Positions 45,359 to 57,135 of a DNA stretch of 64,000 nt are shown in pieces. Every line of letters begins with the position of its first letter. Within the stretch, counting starts at the first letter, position 1. The notes beneath the pieces were generated by a model that searched no databases, had not been told where the DNA came from, and saw nothing but the letters and a program-made list of their open reading frames with translations. Source of the stretch: an uncultured Enterobacteriaceae bacterium (GTDB taxonomy: Bacteria; Pseudomonadota; Gammaproteobacteria; Burkholderiales; SG8-39); contig CAZNVH010000056.1 in the NCBI GenBank assembly GCA_964576525.1, positions 42,425-106,424 of the forward strand. Direction: 5' to 3'. A program made the position numbers and the translations under genes.

Positions 45359-46230
45359 GCACGGTTTTCCTCAACGGCAGGCTGCTGCCGGCCGAGCAGG
45401 CGAGCGTCTCGGTGCTCGACCGCGGCTTCATCTTCGGCGACGGCGTGTACGAGCTGGTGCCGGTGTATTCGCGCGTGCCGTTCCGGCTCGACGAGCACCT
45501 GGCGCGCCTCGAGCGCAGCCTCGGCGAGACGAAGATCCGCAACCCGTATTCGCGCGCCCAGTGGGCGGACCACATCTACCGCCTGATCGACGCGCAGGCG
45601 TTCGAGGACCAGGCGGTGTACTTCCAAGTGACGCGCGGCGTCGCCCGGCGCGACCACGCCTTCCCGAAGAGCGTCGAGCCGACGGTGTTCATGATGTCCA
45701 ACCCGCTGCTGCCGCCGCCGCAGGCGCAGGTGGAGCAGGGCGCCGCCGCGGTCAGCGCGCCGGACAACCGCTGGCTGCGCTGCGACATCAAGTCGATCTC
45801 GCTCATCGGCAACGTGCTGCTGCGCCAGGTTTCGGCGGAGGCGGGCGCGGCCGAGACGATTCTGTTCCGCAACGGCAAGCTGACCGAGGCCTCGGCCTCC
45901 AACGTCTTCGTGGTGAAGGGCGGCACGATCCAGTCGCCGCCGAAGAGCAACCTGATCCTGCCCGGGATTACCTACGACGTGGTGGTCGAGCTGGCGCAGG
46001 CCAACGGTCTCGCCCTGGAATTCAGGGATGTGCTCGAAGCAGAAGTCCGCTCCGCGGACGAGATCTGGGTGACTTCCTCGTCGAAAGAGGTGCTGGCGAT
46101 CGTCGAGCTCGACGGCAAGCGCGTCGGCGACGGGCGTCCCGGGCCGGTGTTCCGGCGCCTGTACCGGCTCTACCAGGAGTTCAAGCAGAAGGTGATGCGC
46201 GCGGGCAAGCGGGAAGCCGTCTCCGCCTAG
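45346..46230 (+). CDS. class IV aminotransferase (D-amino-acid aminotransferase-like)
   Basis: 294 aa from the ATG at 45346 (MAEVGTVFLNGRLL...). RGFIFGDGVYE and ASASNVF are present. Located between dac and ybeD-lipB. Confidence 0.85.
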   Translation: MAEVGTVFLNGRLLPAEQASVSVLDRGFIFGDGVYELVPVYSRVPFRLDEHLARLERSLGETKIRNPYSRAQWADHIYRLIDAQAFEDQAVYFQVTRGVARRDHAFPKSVEPTVFMMSNPLLPPPQAQVEQGAAAVSAPDNRWLRCDIKSISLIGNVLLRQVSAEAGAAETILFRNGKLTEASASNVFVVKGGTIQSPPKSNLILPGITYDVVVELAQANGLALEFRDVLEAEVRSADEIWVTSSSKEVLAIVELDGKRVGDGRPGPVFRRLYRLYQEFKQKVMRAGKREAVSA

Positions 46231-46241
46231 CGGGTCGCGCC

Positions 46242-46514
46242 ATGCCCGTAGTCGCCGACGGCTCGGTACTCGCCTATCCCTGCGATTTCCCGATCAAGGT
46301 GATGGGCCGCAAGCAGCCGCGCTTCGCCAACGCGGTCACCGAGATCGTGCGCAAGCACGCGCCCGACTTCGACGCGGCGAGCGTCGAGCTGCGCCCGAGC
46401 CGGCAGGGCAGCTACCTGAGCGTGACCTGCGTGGTGCGCGCCACCTCGCGCGAGCAGCTCGACGCGCTCTACCAGGAGCTGTGCGACCACCCGGCCGTGG
46501 TGATGGTGCTGTGA
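46242..46514 (+). CDS. ybeD: YbeD (DUF493) family protein
   Basis: 90 aa, YPCDFPIKVMG. The ybeD-lipB-lipA order is conserved. Confidence 0.85.
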   Translation: MPVVADGSVLAYPCDFPIKVMGRKQPRFANAVTEIVRKHAPDFDAASVELRPSRQGSYLSVTCVVRATSREQLDALYQELCDHPAVVMVL

Positions 46515-47099
46515 GCGCTCTGCTCGAAAGGTTTTTCGTCAAACATCTCGGGCGCGTGGCGTACCCGGAGGCGCTCGAAGCCATGCGGGAATTCACGCGC
46601 CGGCGCGGCGACGCGACGCCCGACGAGCTGTGGATCGTCGAGCACCCGCCGGTGTATACGGTCGGGCAGGGGACTGCGCTACCCGCCGTTCCCGGTTCCA
46701 TTCCGGTGCTAAAGACCGACCGCGGCGGCGACATCACCTACCACGGTCCCGGGCAGGTGGTGCTCTACACGCTCGTCGACCTCGCGCGCCGCTCGATCAA
46801 GGTCAAGCGCTTCGTCTGGCTGCTCGAGCAGGCGGTGATCGACCTTCTCGGACCGCGCGCCGAGCGCAGGGCGGGCGCCCCCGGCGTGTACGTCGCCGGC
46901 GCCAAGATCGCCGCGCTCGGCATCCGCGTGGTGCGCGGGCGGGCGTACCATGGCCTGGCGCTCAACGTCGACATGGACCTTTCGCCCTTCCACGCCATCG
47001 ATCCTTGCGGCTATCCCGGCCTTCGCGTCACTCAGACGAAGGACCTGGGCATGACCGTGACGGCCGATGACCTGGCTCAATCCGTGATGAAGAACCTCG

Positions 47100-47107
<8 letters not shown>
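46511..47107 (+). CDS. lipB: lipoyl(octanoyl) transferase
   Basis: About 198 aa from the GTG at 46511. [12 protein letters not shown] and the catalytic Cys context (AIDPCGY) are present. Confidence 0.92.
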
Positions 47108-48978
<1,871 letters not shown>

Positions 48979-49118
48979 CTACTTCCGCTCGATCCTGCGG
49001 CTGGCGACGACGCCCTTCGACCTATTGATCTCGCCCGCGACGAACTCTCGCATTTCTGCGGGAGATTGGGCAAATCGTGCGGCGCCGTGCGGCCGGGGCG
49101 GATAGATTTTCCTATCCG

Positions 49119-51824
49119 CTAGTGGGCTTGGTCCCAGTTATCGCCGACGCCGACGTCGGCGATGAGCGGGACGTCAAGGGTGTAGACCGATTGCATCAGC
49201 TCGGGCACTTTGTTCTTCACGGCTTCGAGCTCGGCGAGCGGCACTTCCAGCACCAGCTCGTCGTGCACCTGCATGATCAGCAGGGTCTGCATGCCTGACT
49301 CGTCCAGCCATTTCTGCACCGCGATCATGGCGAGCTTGATCAGGTCGGCCGCGGTGCCCTGCATCGGCGCGTTGATCGCCGAGCGCTCGGCGGCCTGGCG
49401 GCGCACCGGTGCGCCGCTCTTCAGCTCGGGCAGCCACAGCCGCCGGCCGAACAGCGTTTCGACGTAGCCGAGCTCCTTCGCGCGCTTGCGCGTCTCGTCC
49501 ATGAAGCGCTTGGCCCCCGGGTAGCGCTCGAAGTAGCGCTCGACGTAGGTCTGCGCCGTGCCGCGGTCGATGCCCAGGTTCTGCGCCACGCCGAACGACG
49601 ACATGCCGTAGATCAGACCGAAGTTGATCACCTTGGCCACCCGGCGCTGATCGGGTTCTACTTTTGAAATAGAAACGCCAAAAATCTCCGCCGCAGTGGC
49701 GCGGTGCACGTCCTCGCCCTGCGCGAAGGCGCGCTTCAAGTTTTCGTCGCCCGACAGGTGCGCCATGATGCGCAGCTCGATCTGCGAATAGTCGGCCGAG
49801 ACGATCTTCGACCCGGGCGGCGCGATGAAGCACTCGCGGATGCGCCGCCCCGCCGGCGTGCGGATCGGGATGTTCTGCAGGTTGGGGTCGTTGGAGGAAA
49901 GCCGACCGGTGACCGCGGTGGTCTGCCCGTAGGTGGTGTGCACGCGGCCGGTGGCCGGATGCACGCTCTTCGGCAGCTTGTCGGTGTAGGTCGACTTGAG
50001 CTTGGCGAGCGTGCGGTGCTCGAGGATCAGCCGCGGCAGCGGGTGGTCGAGCGCCAGCTCGGCGAGCGAATCCTCGTCGGTCGAGGGCTGGCCCGAGGGC
50101 GTCTTCTTCTTCACCGGCAGCTTCTGGCGCTCGAACAGGATCTCCTGGATCTGCTTGGGCGAGCCGAGGTTGAACGGCTGGCCCGCGGCGGCGTAGGCCT
50201 CCTGCTCCTTCCGCAGGATCTCCTTGCCGAGCTCGTGGCTTTGCTGTTCCAGCTTCGCCTTGTCGAGCAGCACGCCGTTGCGCTCCATGCGGTAGAGCAC
50301 CGGCAGCACCGGCATCTCGATCGCGCCGTAGACGAACTTCAGCTTTTCGTCCGCTTGTATTCTCTTGAAAAGCAGTTCGTGCAAGGCGAGCGCGCAATCG
50401 GCCCGCGGCGCGGCGTACTCGGTGGCGCGGGCGACGTCGACCGCCGAAGGCGCGATGCGCGATGCGCCCTTGCCGGTGATCTCGTCGATGCCGAGGAGCG
50501 TCCAGCCGCAATGGCGCTGCGCGAGCGAGCCGAGGTCGTGACGCTCATGCACTTCGAGCACGTAGGACTCGAGCTGCAGGTCGTGGGCGCGGCCCGCCAG
50601 CCGCACGCCGTGGTTGGCGAGCGCGTGCGAGTCGAGCTTCAGGTTCTCGCCGACCTTGCGGCAATCCGCGCGCTCAAGCCAGGGCTTGAGCAACCGAACG
50701 GCCGTCTCGCTGTTCACGTATTCAGGAGCGCCGGGATGCTCGTGAGCCAAAGGCACATAAACAGCCTCATCGGCGAAGGCGATGGCTAGCCCAACGAGTT
50801 GTGCCGTCATCGGCTCGTCGCCTGCGCACAGCGCGCCGAGGCCGGCGAGCTCGACCGTCTCGAGCCTGGCGACGAGCGCCTTCAGATCCTCCTCGGTGAG
50901 GATCGTGCGGGTCGTGCGCTTTTCCACCGAGGAGGGAGGCGGGACCGGGGCGGCGGCGGGCGCCGCGGCCGGCGCGGCCTCGCCTTCCAGCTCGCGCATC
51001 CGGAAACCGAAGCGCTCGAAGAGCGCGCGTTGCTTCGCCGGGTCGGCCTTGAGCACCAGCTCCGGCACCTTGACCGAAAGCGGAACGTCGCGCTTGATCG
51101 TCAAGAGCGAGCGCGCCTTCGGCAGCCAGTCGCGGCTCTTGCGCAGGTTCTCCCCGGCAAGGCCGGCGATCTCCCCAGCGTGCTCGAGCACGCCCTCGAG
51201 CGAGCCATACTGCTCGATCCATTTGCCGGCGGTTTTCGGGCCGACCTTGTCGACGCCGGGGACGTTGTCGACGGTGTCGCCGATCAGCGTGAGGTAGTCG
51301 AGAAAGCGCTCCGGCAGCACGCCGAATTTTCGCTTTACGCCCTCGATGTCGAGCACTTCGTTCGACATGGTGTTCACCAGCGTCACGCGCTCGTCGACCA
51401 GCTGGGCGAAGTCCTTGTCGCCGGTCGAGATCACGGTGCGCCAGCCGGTGCGCCGGCCTTCCTCGGCGAGCGTGGCGATGACGTCGTCGGCTTCGACGCC
51501 TTCGACCACCAGCACCGGCCAGCCGAGCGCCTCGACCGCCTCGCGCAGCGGCTCGACCTGGCGCGCGAGGTCCTCGGGCATCGGCGCGCGGTTCGCCTTG
51601 TAGTCGGCGTACTCGGCGTCGCGGAAGGTCTTGCCTTTGGCGTCGAACACGCAGGCCGCGGCCTGCGGCTTATAATCGGCGGCGAGCTTGCGCAACATGT
51701 TGAGCACGCCGTAGATCGCCCCGGTCGGCTCGCCCTTCGGACTCCTCAGCTCGGGCAGCGCGTGGAACGCGCGGTACAGGTACGACGAGCCGTCGACCAG
51801 CAACAACGTCTTTTCAGGATTCAT
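49119..51824 (-). CDS. polA: DNA polymerase I
   Basis: About 901 aa from the ATG at 51824 (MNPEKTLLLVDGSSYLYRAF); an alternative ATG lies at 51833. It has 5'-nuclease, 3'-5' exonuclease and polymerase domains (DYSQIELRIMAH, QVHDELV). Confidence 0.96.
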   Translation of the reverse strand: MNPEKTLLLVDGSSYLYRAFHALPELRSPKGEPTGAIYGVLNMLRKLAADYKPQAAACVFDAKGKTFRDAEYADYKANRAPMPEDLARQVEPLREAVEALGWPVLVVEGVEADDVIATLAEEGRRTGWRTVISTGDKDFAQLVDERVTLVNTMSNEVLDIEGVKRKFGVLPERFLDYLTLIGDTVDNVPGVDKVGPKTAGKWIEQYGSLEGVLEHAGEIAGLAGENLRKSRDWLPKARSLLTIKRDVPLSVKVPELVLKADPAKQRALFERFGFRMRELEGEAAPAAAPAAAPVPPPSSVEKRTTRTILTEEDLKALVARLETVELAGLGALCAGDEPMTAQLVGLAIAFADEAVYVPLAHEHPGAPEYVNSETAVRLLKPWLERADCRKVGENLKLDSHALANHGVRLAGRAHDLQLESYVLEVHERHDLGSLAQRHCGWTLLGIDEITGKGASRIAPSAVDVARATEYAAPRADCALALHELLFKRIQADEKLKFVYGAIEMPVLPVLYRMERNGVLLDKAKLEQQSHELGKEILRKEQEAYAAAGQPFNLGSPKQIQEILFERQKLPVKKKTPSGQPSTDEDSLAELALDHPLPRLILEHRTLAKLKSTYTDKLPKSVHPATGRVHTTYGQTTAVTGRLSSNDPNLQNIPIRTPAGRRIRECFIAPPGSKIVSADYSQIELRIMAHLSGDENLKRAFAQGEDVHRATAAEIFGVSISKVEPDQRRVAKVINFGLIYGMSSFGVAQNLGIDRGTAQTYVERYFERYPGAKRFMDETRKRAKELGYVETLFGRRLWLPELKSGAPVRRQAAERSAINAPMQGTAADLIKLAMIAVQKWLDESGMQTLLIMQVHDELVLEVPLAELEAVKNKVPELMQSVYTLDVPLIADVGVGDNWDQAH

Positions 51825-51831
51825 CCCCGAC

Positions 51832-52545
51832 ATGACACCGGACAAGCAAGGGCTGGCCGAGCTGGCGAAACAGGTTCCCGCGGGCGAAGCCTCGTGGGTG
51901 CTCGGCATTATGGCAGAGTTGGTCGAGGCGACCGAGCGCCTCGCCGGCGTCCATCCGGCGGTCTCGGTGTTCGGCAGCGCGCGCGTCAAGCCCGGCACGC
52001 CGTACTACCAGCTCGCCGAGGAAACCGCGCGCCGCCTTTCGGACGCCGGCTTCGCCGTGGTGAGCGGCGGCGGCCCCGGGCTGATGGAAGCGACGAGCCA
52101 GGGCGCGTTCCACGGCCGCAGCCGCGTGGTCGGCCTCAACATCGACCTGCCGGGCGAGCCGTCGGCGCTCCGCCACCAGCACATCAGCCTGCGCTTCAAG
52201 CATTTCTTCACCCGCAAGGCGATCTTCGCCAAGGTGGCCTGCGCTTTCGTCGTGCTGCCGGGAGGCTACGGCACGCTCGACGAGCTGTTCGAGGCGCTGA
52301 CGCTGGTGCAGACCGGCAAGACGCGCCGCATGCCGGTCATCCTGGTGCACGAGCCCTACTGGCGCGGGCTGCTCGGCTGGATGCGCGAGCGCCTGGCCGC
52401 CGAGGACATGATCGGTCCGCAAGACCTCGAGCTGCTGCAGGTCTGCGACCAGCCGCAGCAGGTGGTCGACGCGATCCTCGCGTTCTACGGAGAGCGCGGC
52501 TTCGCGCTTTCGCCCGCCGAGCGCGAGGCGCTCGCGAACCTCTAG
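51832..52545 (+). CDS. TIGR00730/LOG-family Rossmann-fold nucleotide-binding protein
   Basis: 237 aa with VSVFGSAR, GGGPGLMEA and PGGYGTLDELFE. The start may instead be the internal ATG at 51910. Confidence 0.85.
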   Translation: MTPDKQGLAELAKQVPAGEASWVLGIMAELVEATERLAGVHPAVSVFGSARVKPGTPYYQLAEETARRLSDAGFAVVSGGGPGLMEATSQGAFHGRSRVVGLNIDLPGEPSALRHQHISLRFKHFFTRKAIFAKVACAFVVLPGGYGTLDELFEALTLVQTGKTRRMPVILVHEPYWRGLLGWMRERLAAEDMIGPQDLELLQVCDQPQQVVDAILAFYGERGFALSPAEREALANL

Positions 52546-52558
52546 TAAAATCCGGTCG

Positions 52559-52888
52559 ATGCGGCGCCTGCTGTTCCTTCTCCTGGTGGCGAGCGCGCTC
52601 GCCCATGCGCAGCAGAAGGCTCCGCCCAAGATGGAGCCCCTGCCCGAGCCGCCGCCTCCCCCTGCGCTGCCGGCGCTCGAAGAGCCCGCGGTGCGCATCC
52701 CCGTGCAGGAGGGCGACAAGGTCGAGGCGGTGCGCGAGGGCGCACGCGTGGTGATGATGAAGGTCACGCCCAAGAACGGCCCGCCTTACTACCTGGTCGA
52801 CACCTCCGGCAACGGCAACTGGATGCGGCGCGATTCCCTGGACGACGGTGTGCGCGTGCCGATGTGGCCGATCCACACGTTCGACTGA
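52559..52888 (+). CDS. DUF2782 domain-containing secreted protein
   Basis: 109 aa with a signal peptide, a Pro-rich linker and a C-terminal PYYLVD...GN segment. The polA-DUF2782-thrB position is characteristic. Confidence 0.7.
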   Translation: MRRLLFLLLVASALAHAQQKAPPKMEPLPEPPPPPALPALEEPAVRIPVQEGDKVEAVREGARVVMMKVTPKNGPPYYLVDTSGNGNWMRRDSLDDGVRVPMWPIHTFD

Positions 52889-52889
52889 C

Positions 52890-53831
52890 TTGTCGGTCTA
52901 CACCCCCGTATCGCAAGCCGAGCTCGCCGATTGGCTCAGGAATTATTCGGTCGGCGGGCTGCAGGGCTGCGAGCCGATCGAGTCGGGGATCGAGAACTCC
53001 AACTACTTCGTCACCACCACGCAGGGCCGCTACGTCCTCACGCTGTTCGAGCGCCTGCCGGCCGGCGAGCTGTCGTTCTATCTCGAGCTGATGGCGCATC
53101 TCGCGCGCCACGGCATTCCCTGCCCGGCGCCGATCGCCGATCTCTCGGACCAGTTCCTGCAGCGGCTGAAGGGCAAGCCGGCGGCGCTGGTCACGCGGCT
53201 CGCCGGCGCCTCGATCGAAAAGCCCGGCAAGGCGCACTGCGGGGAGCTCGGCGCGCTGCTCGCGCGCCTGCACCTCGCGGGCCGCTCCTACGGCGCCTAC
53301 CTCGAGAATCCGCGCGGCCCGAGATGGTGGCGGTTGGCGGCGAGAGAAGTCATGCCGTTTCTTGATTCACAAAAAAAAGACCTTCTGGAGAAAGAGCTGG
53401 CGTTCCAGGCGGAGCATCGTTTCCCCGACCTGCCGCGCGGCCCGGTGCACGCGGACCTGTTCCGCGACAACGCCCTGTTCACCGACGGCCGCATTTCCGG
53501 GGTGATCGACTTCTATTTCGCCGGCGTCGACTGCCTGCTCTACGACCTGGCGGTGTGCGCCAACGACTGGTGCATCCTGAAGGATTGCAGCCTGGATGCG
53601 GGGCGCGTCGGCGCAATGCTCTCCGCGTACCACGCGCTGCGGCCGTTCACCCCGCACGAGCGCGAGGCCTGGCCGGCGATGCTGCGCGCCGCCGCGCTGC
53701 GCTTCTGGCTCTCGCGCCTGCACGACTTCCACCTGCCGCGGCCCGGGATGCTGGTGCACGCGCACGACCCGGAGCACTTCCGCCGCATCCTCGAAGCGCG
53801 CATCGCGGGGCGCGCGCCCTGGACGGACTGA
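52890..53831 (+). CDS. thrB: homoserine kinase (ThrB, aminoglycoside-phosphotransferase-like type)
   Basis: About 313 aa from the TTG at 52890 (SVYTPVSQAELADWL). GIENSNYF and the catalytic HADLFRDN are present. Confidence 0.88.
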   Translation: MSVYTPVSQAELADWLRNYSVGGLQGCEPIESGIENSNYFVTTTQGRYVLTLFERLPAGELSFYLELMAHLARHGIPCPAPIADLSDQFLQRLKGKPAALVTRLAGASIEKPGKAHCGELGALLARLHLAGRSYGAYLENPRGPRWWRLAAREVMPFLDSQKKDLLEKELAFQAEHRFPDLPRGPVHADLFRDNALFTDGRISGVIDFYFAGVDCLLYDLAVCANDWCILKDCSLDAGRVGAMLSAYHALRPFTPHEREAWPAMLRAAALRFWLSRLHDFHLPRPGMLVHAHDPEHFRRILEARIAGRAPWTD

Positions 53832-53835
53832 AGGC

Positions 53836-54624
53836 ATGCAAGCGCGCATCGTGGCTCCGGGCAACGGCGCGCGCTGGCTCGCCGAGGGCTGGCGGCTGTT
53901 CCGCGTGGCGCCGCTCGGCTGGCTCGCGCTCGCCTTCGCCTACCTGATGCTCAGCAACCTGGTGATGCTGGTGCCGCTCGTCGGCGTCGCCGCGTTCCTC
54001 GTGCTGTACCCGGCGTTCTCGGTCGGCCTGATGGCCGTGGCCCGCGCCGCCGCGCAGCGCGCGCCGCTGCAGATCGGCCTGCTGTTCGACGGCTTCCGCC
54101 AGGGCCTGCGCACCCAGCTCATCCTCGGAGCGATCTACCTGGCGGCCTCGATCGCGATCTTCGGCGGCACGATGCTCGCCGACCAGGACGACATCCTGCG
54201 CGCCGTGCTGAGCGGGCGGCGCAAGGCGGACGAGCTGGAGGCGGGCGATCTGCTGCCGCCGCTCGCGGCGCTCGCCGCCCTGTACGCTCCGGTGCTCATG
54301 GCGTACTGGTTCGCGCCGCCGCTCGCCGCCTGGCATGCGGTCGGCGCGCTGAAGGCGCTGTTCTTCAGCTTCGCCGCCTGCCTGCTCAACTGGCGCGCCT
54401 TGCTGGTCTACGGCGTCACGACCGCCGCCGTGACCCTGGCGTTCACCTCGGGCGCGCTGCTCGCGGCGGCGCTGTTGTCCACGGCGAACGTCGTGCCGGC
54501 GGCGCTGGTCCTGCCGCTCGCGATCGTGCTGCTGCCGACCCTGTTCGCGAGTTTCTACGCGAGCTACCGCGATATATTCGCACCCGACGAGCGCGGCCAG
54601 CCGAGCCCGCCGCAAGAGCCATGA
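53836..54624 (+). CDS. conserved polytopic inner-membrane protein (BPSS1780/DUF2189-like)
   Basis: 262 aa from the ATG at 53836 (MQARIVAPGNGARWLAEGWRLF) with several hydrophobic helices. The family assignment is tentative. Confidence 0.6.
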   Translation: MQARIVAPGNGARWLAEGWRLFRVAPLGWLALAFAYLMLSNLVMLVPLVGVAAFLVLYPAFSVGLMAVARAAAQRAPLQIGLLFDGFRQGLRTQLILGAIYLAASIAIFGGTMLADQDDILRAVLSGRRKADELEAGDLLPPLAALAALYAPVLMAYWFAPPLAAWHAVGALKALFFSFAACLLNWRALLVYGVTTAAVTLAFTSGALLAAALLSTANVVPAALVLPLAIVLLPTLFASFYASYRDIFAPDERGQPSPPQEP

Positions 54625-54977
54625 CCGAGCGCGTTGTCACCGGGATCACCCTGCACCAGAAATCGCGCGTCCTGGAGATCGCGTTCGCCGATGGCCGCAG
54701 CTTCCGCCTGCCGTACGAATTCCTGCGCGTGCACTCGCCCTCCGCCGAGGTGCGCGGCCACGGCCCGGGCCAGGAAGTGCTGCAGGTCGGCAAGCGGGCG
54801 GTGGAGATCCGTGCGCTCGAGCCGGTCGGATCCTACGCGGTGCAGCCGCAGTTCTCGGACGGGCACAATACCGGCATCTACTCCTGGACCTATCTCTATG
54901 AGCTGGGCGAGAACCAGGACCCGCTCTGGTCCCGCTACCTTGAAAGGCTCGCCGCCGCAGGTGCCGGCCGAGACTAA
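54621..54977 (+). CDS. DUF971 (gamma-butyrobetaine hydroxylase-like N-terminal domain) protein
   Basis: 118 aa with [17 protein letters not shown] and [19 protein letters not shown]. Typically found just upstream of ubiE. Confidence 0.78.
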   Translation: MTERVVTGITLHQKSRVLEIAFADGRSFRLPYEFLRVHSPSAEVRGHGPGQEVLQVGKRAVEIRALEPVGSYAVQPQFSDGHNTGIYSWTYLYELGENQDPLWSRYLERLAAAGAGRD

Positions 54978-55662
54978 GACCGAAAAAGTCCGGCGCGTCT
55001 TCGATTCGGTCGCGGAGCGCTACGACGTCATGAACGACCTGATGTCGTTCGGGCTGCACCGCGCGTGGAAAGCCATGGCCGTGGCGGTCGCGCGCCCGCG
55101 GCCCGGCGAGCGCTTCCTGGACGTCGCCACCGGCAGCGGTGACCTGGCGCGCGCGCTGGCGCGCAGGCTTCAGCCGGGCGGCGAGCTCTGGATCACCGAC
55201 ATCAACCGCCGCATGCTCGACCGCGGCCGCGACCGCCTGCTCGACGCCGGCGTCGCGGCGAGCGCGGTGCAGTGCGACGCCGAGCGGCTGCCGTTCCCCG
55301 GCGGCCACTTCGATTGCGTGACCGTGGGCTTCGGGCTGCGCAACATGACGCGCAAGGACGTAGCGCTCGCCGAGATGGCGCGCGTGCTCAAGCCCGGCGG
55401 CCGGCTGGTGGTGCTCGAGTTCTCCAAGGTATGGAAGCCTCTGGAAGGCGCCTACGACTGGTACTCGTTCAAGGTGCTGCCGTGGCTGGGCGCCCGGGTG
55501 GCCGGCGACGCGGATGCCTATCGCTACCTGGCCGAATCGATCCGCCTGCATCCCGACCAGGAGACGCTCGCCGGCATGCTGCGCGCCGCAGGGCTCGTCG
55601 AGGTGGAGGTGTTTAACCTCGCTGCCGGAGTGGTTGCAATCCATCGGGGCACCCGTATTTGA
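54961..55662 (+). CDS. ubiE: bifunctional demethylmenaquinone/ubiquinone biosynthesis C-methyltransferase UbiE
   Basis: About 233 aa. [34 protein letters not shown] and FGLRNMT are present. The start is uncertain: GTG 54961 or TTG 54940. Confidence 0.92.
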   Translation: MPAETKTEKVRRVFDSVAERYDVMNDLMSFGLHRAWKAMAVAVARPRPGERFLDVATGSGDLARALARRLQPGGELWITDINRRMLDRGRDRLLDAGVAASAVQCDAERLPFPGGHFDCVTVGFGLRNMTRKDVALAEMARVLKPGGRLVVLEFSKVWKPLEGAYDWYSFKVLPWLGARVAGDADAYRYLAESIRLHPDQETLAGMLRAAGLVEVEVFNLAAGVVAIHRGTRI

Positions 55663-55690
55663 TAGCATTACCAGTTCGGAGGTGTCGATC

Positions 55691-56539
55691 ATGCGCAAGT
55701 GGCTTCTGCTGGCTGGAATTCTGACGTTGGGTGGAACCCTCGTCGCGACCGAAGTTGAAGCGCGCCGCATCGGCGGCGGCCGCACGGTGGGCGCGCAGCG
55801 CAACGTCACCGCGCCTCCCGCGCAGACTCCCGCGAAGCAGGCGCAGCAGGCCGCGCCGGCCCAGCAGCAGCCCGGCCAGGCGGCGCCCGCCGCAGCCCGC
55901 ACGCCGTGGGGCGGCATCCTCGGCGGCCTGGCGCTCGGCGGGCTGCTCGGCTACTTCCTCGGCGGCGGCGGCCTGATGGGCAGCCTGCTGGGAATCGTGC
56001 TGCTGGCCGGGCTGGTCATGCTCGCGGTCATGGCCTTCCGTGCACTCGCGGCTCGCCGCCAGGAGGCGCCGCAGCCGCAGCACCTGCAATACGCCGGCAT
56101 GCGCGAGACGGTGGCCATGCCCGCGGCAAGCGCAGGAGGCGCGCTTCACGCCAGCCCGAGAACTGCCGTTCCGGCCGGGTTCGACGCCGCGGGTTTCCTG
56201 CGCGCGGCGAAGCTCAACTTCCTCAAGCTGCAGATGGCGAACGACGCCGGAGCGCTCGACGAGATCCGCGAGTTCACCACCGGCGAGCTGTACGAGGAGC
56301 TGAAGAAGGACCTCGCGGCACGCGCCGGAGCGCAGCAGACCGAAGTCGCGTCACTCGAGGCCGATCTGCTCGAAGTGGCGAGCGACAACGGCGCGCACTG
56401 GGCGAGCGTGCGCTTCTCCGGCCTGGTGCGCGAGGAGAGCGGCGCCGAGGCGCTGCCCTTCCAGGAGGTCTGGAACCTGGTGAAGCCGGCCGACGGCACG
56501 AGCGGCTGGCTGCTTGCCGGCATTCAGCAGATGCATTGA
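55691..56539 (+). CDS. Tim44-like domain-containing membrane protein
   Basis: 282 aa from the ATG at 55691. Signal or anchor sequence, Gln/Ala/Pro-rich linker, Gly-rich TM, then a C-terminal Tim44-like fold (FLRAAKLNFLKLQMA...WLLAGIQQ). Confidence 0.75.
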   Translation: MRKWLLLAGILTLGGTLVATEVEARRIGGGRTVGAQRNVTAPPAQTPAKQAQQAAPAQQQPGQAAPAAARTPWGGILGGLALGGLLGYFLGGGGLMGSLLGIVLLAGLVMLAVMAFRALAARRQEAPQPQHLQYAGMRETVAMPAASAGGALHASPRTAVPAGFDAAGFLRAAKLNFLKLQMANDAGALDEIREFTTGELYEELKKDLAARAGAQQTEVASLEADLLEVASDNGAHWASVRFSGLVREESGAEALPFQEVWNLVKPADGTSGWLLAGIQQMH

Positions 56540-57135
56540 AGCCGGCTCTGCCGCTCGACAAGGCCACCCCCGCGGTGGCCTTTTGTTTTCTGCTGAACCG
56601 CTTGCTTGCCGCCGAGCCCTGGGCGCGCGAGCGGCTGGCACCGTTCGCCGGCGCGGCGCTCGAGCTGCGCGCGCCGCCGCTTCCCGAGCTAGGCTTGCGC
56701 ATTCTTCCGGGAGGGACCGTGGAAGCCGCGCACGCTGCGCAGGAGCCGCAGCTGACCCTGACGCTGAAGCCCGAGCTGCTGCTCGCGCTCTGGCGCGGCG
56801 AGGAGCACGCGCTGCGTGCGGTGCGCGTCGAGGGCGATGCCCGGCTGGCGGGCGAATTGCTGGCGCTCGCGCGCCATTTGCGCTGGGACGCCGAGGAGGA
56901 TCTGTCGCGCCTGGTCGGCGACGCCGCGGCGCACCGCCTCGCGCAGGCGGGGCGCTCGCTCGCCGCGTGGCATGTCGATGCCGCGCAGCGGCTGGCCGCC
57001 GCGTTCGGCGACTACGTCACCGAGGAGAAGCGCCTGCTGGTGCGCCGCATGGAGTTCGAGGCGCACGCCGACGCAGTAGCGCGGCTGCGTGACGGGCTGG
57101 AGCGCCTCGGCAAGAGGATTGAACGCTTTGGCTAG
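56536..57135 (+). CDS. ubiJ: ubiquinone biosynthesis accessory factor UbiJ (SCP2 domain)
   Basis: About 199 aa from the TTG at 56536, overlapping the upstream stop. SCP2-like N-terminal half and coiled C-terminus. Located between ubiE and ubiB. Confidence 0.75.
   Translation: MKPALPLDKATPAVAFCFLLNRLLAAEPWARERLAPFAGAALELRAPPLPELGLRILPGGTVEAAHAAQEPQLTLTLKPELLLALWRGEEHALRAVRVEGDARLAGELLALARHLRWDAEEDLSRLVGDAAAHRLAQAGRSLAAWHVDAAQRLAAAFGDYVTEEKRLLVRRMEFEAHADAVARLRDGLERLGKRIERFG

Noticed and set aside
48979-49097. Short minus-strand reading frame (...FAQSPAEMREFVAGEINRSKGVVASRRIERK*) as a possible antitoxin-like gene remnant.
   Set aside because: It is too short, has no recognisable family motif and has no convincing start or Shine-Dalgarno sequence. 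I treat it as uncharacterised spacer within the islet.
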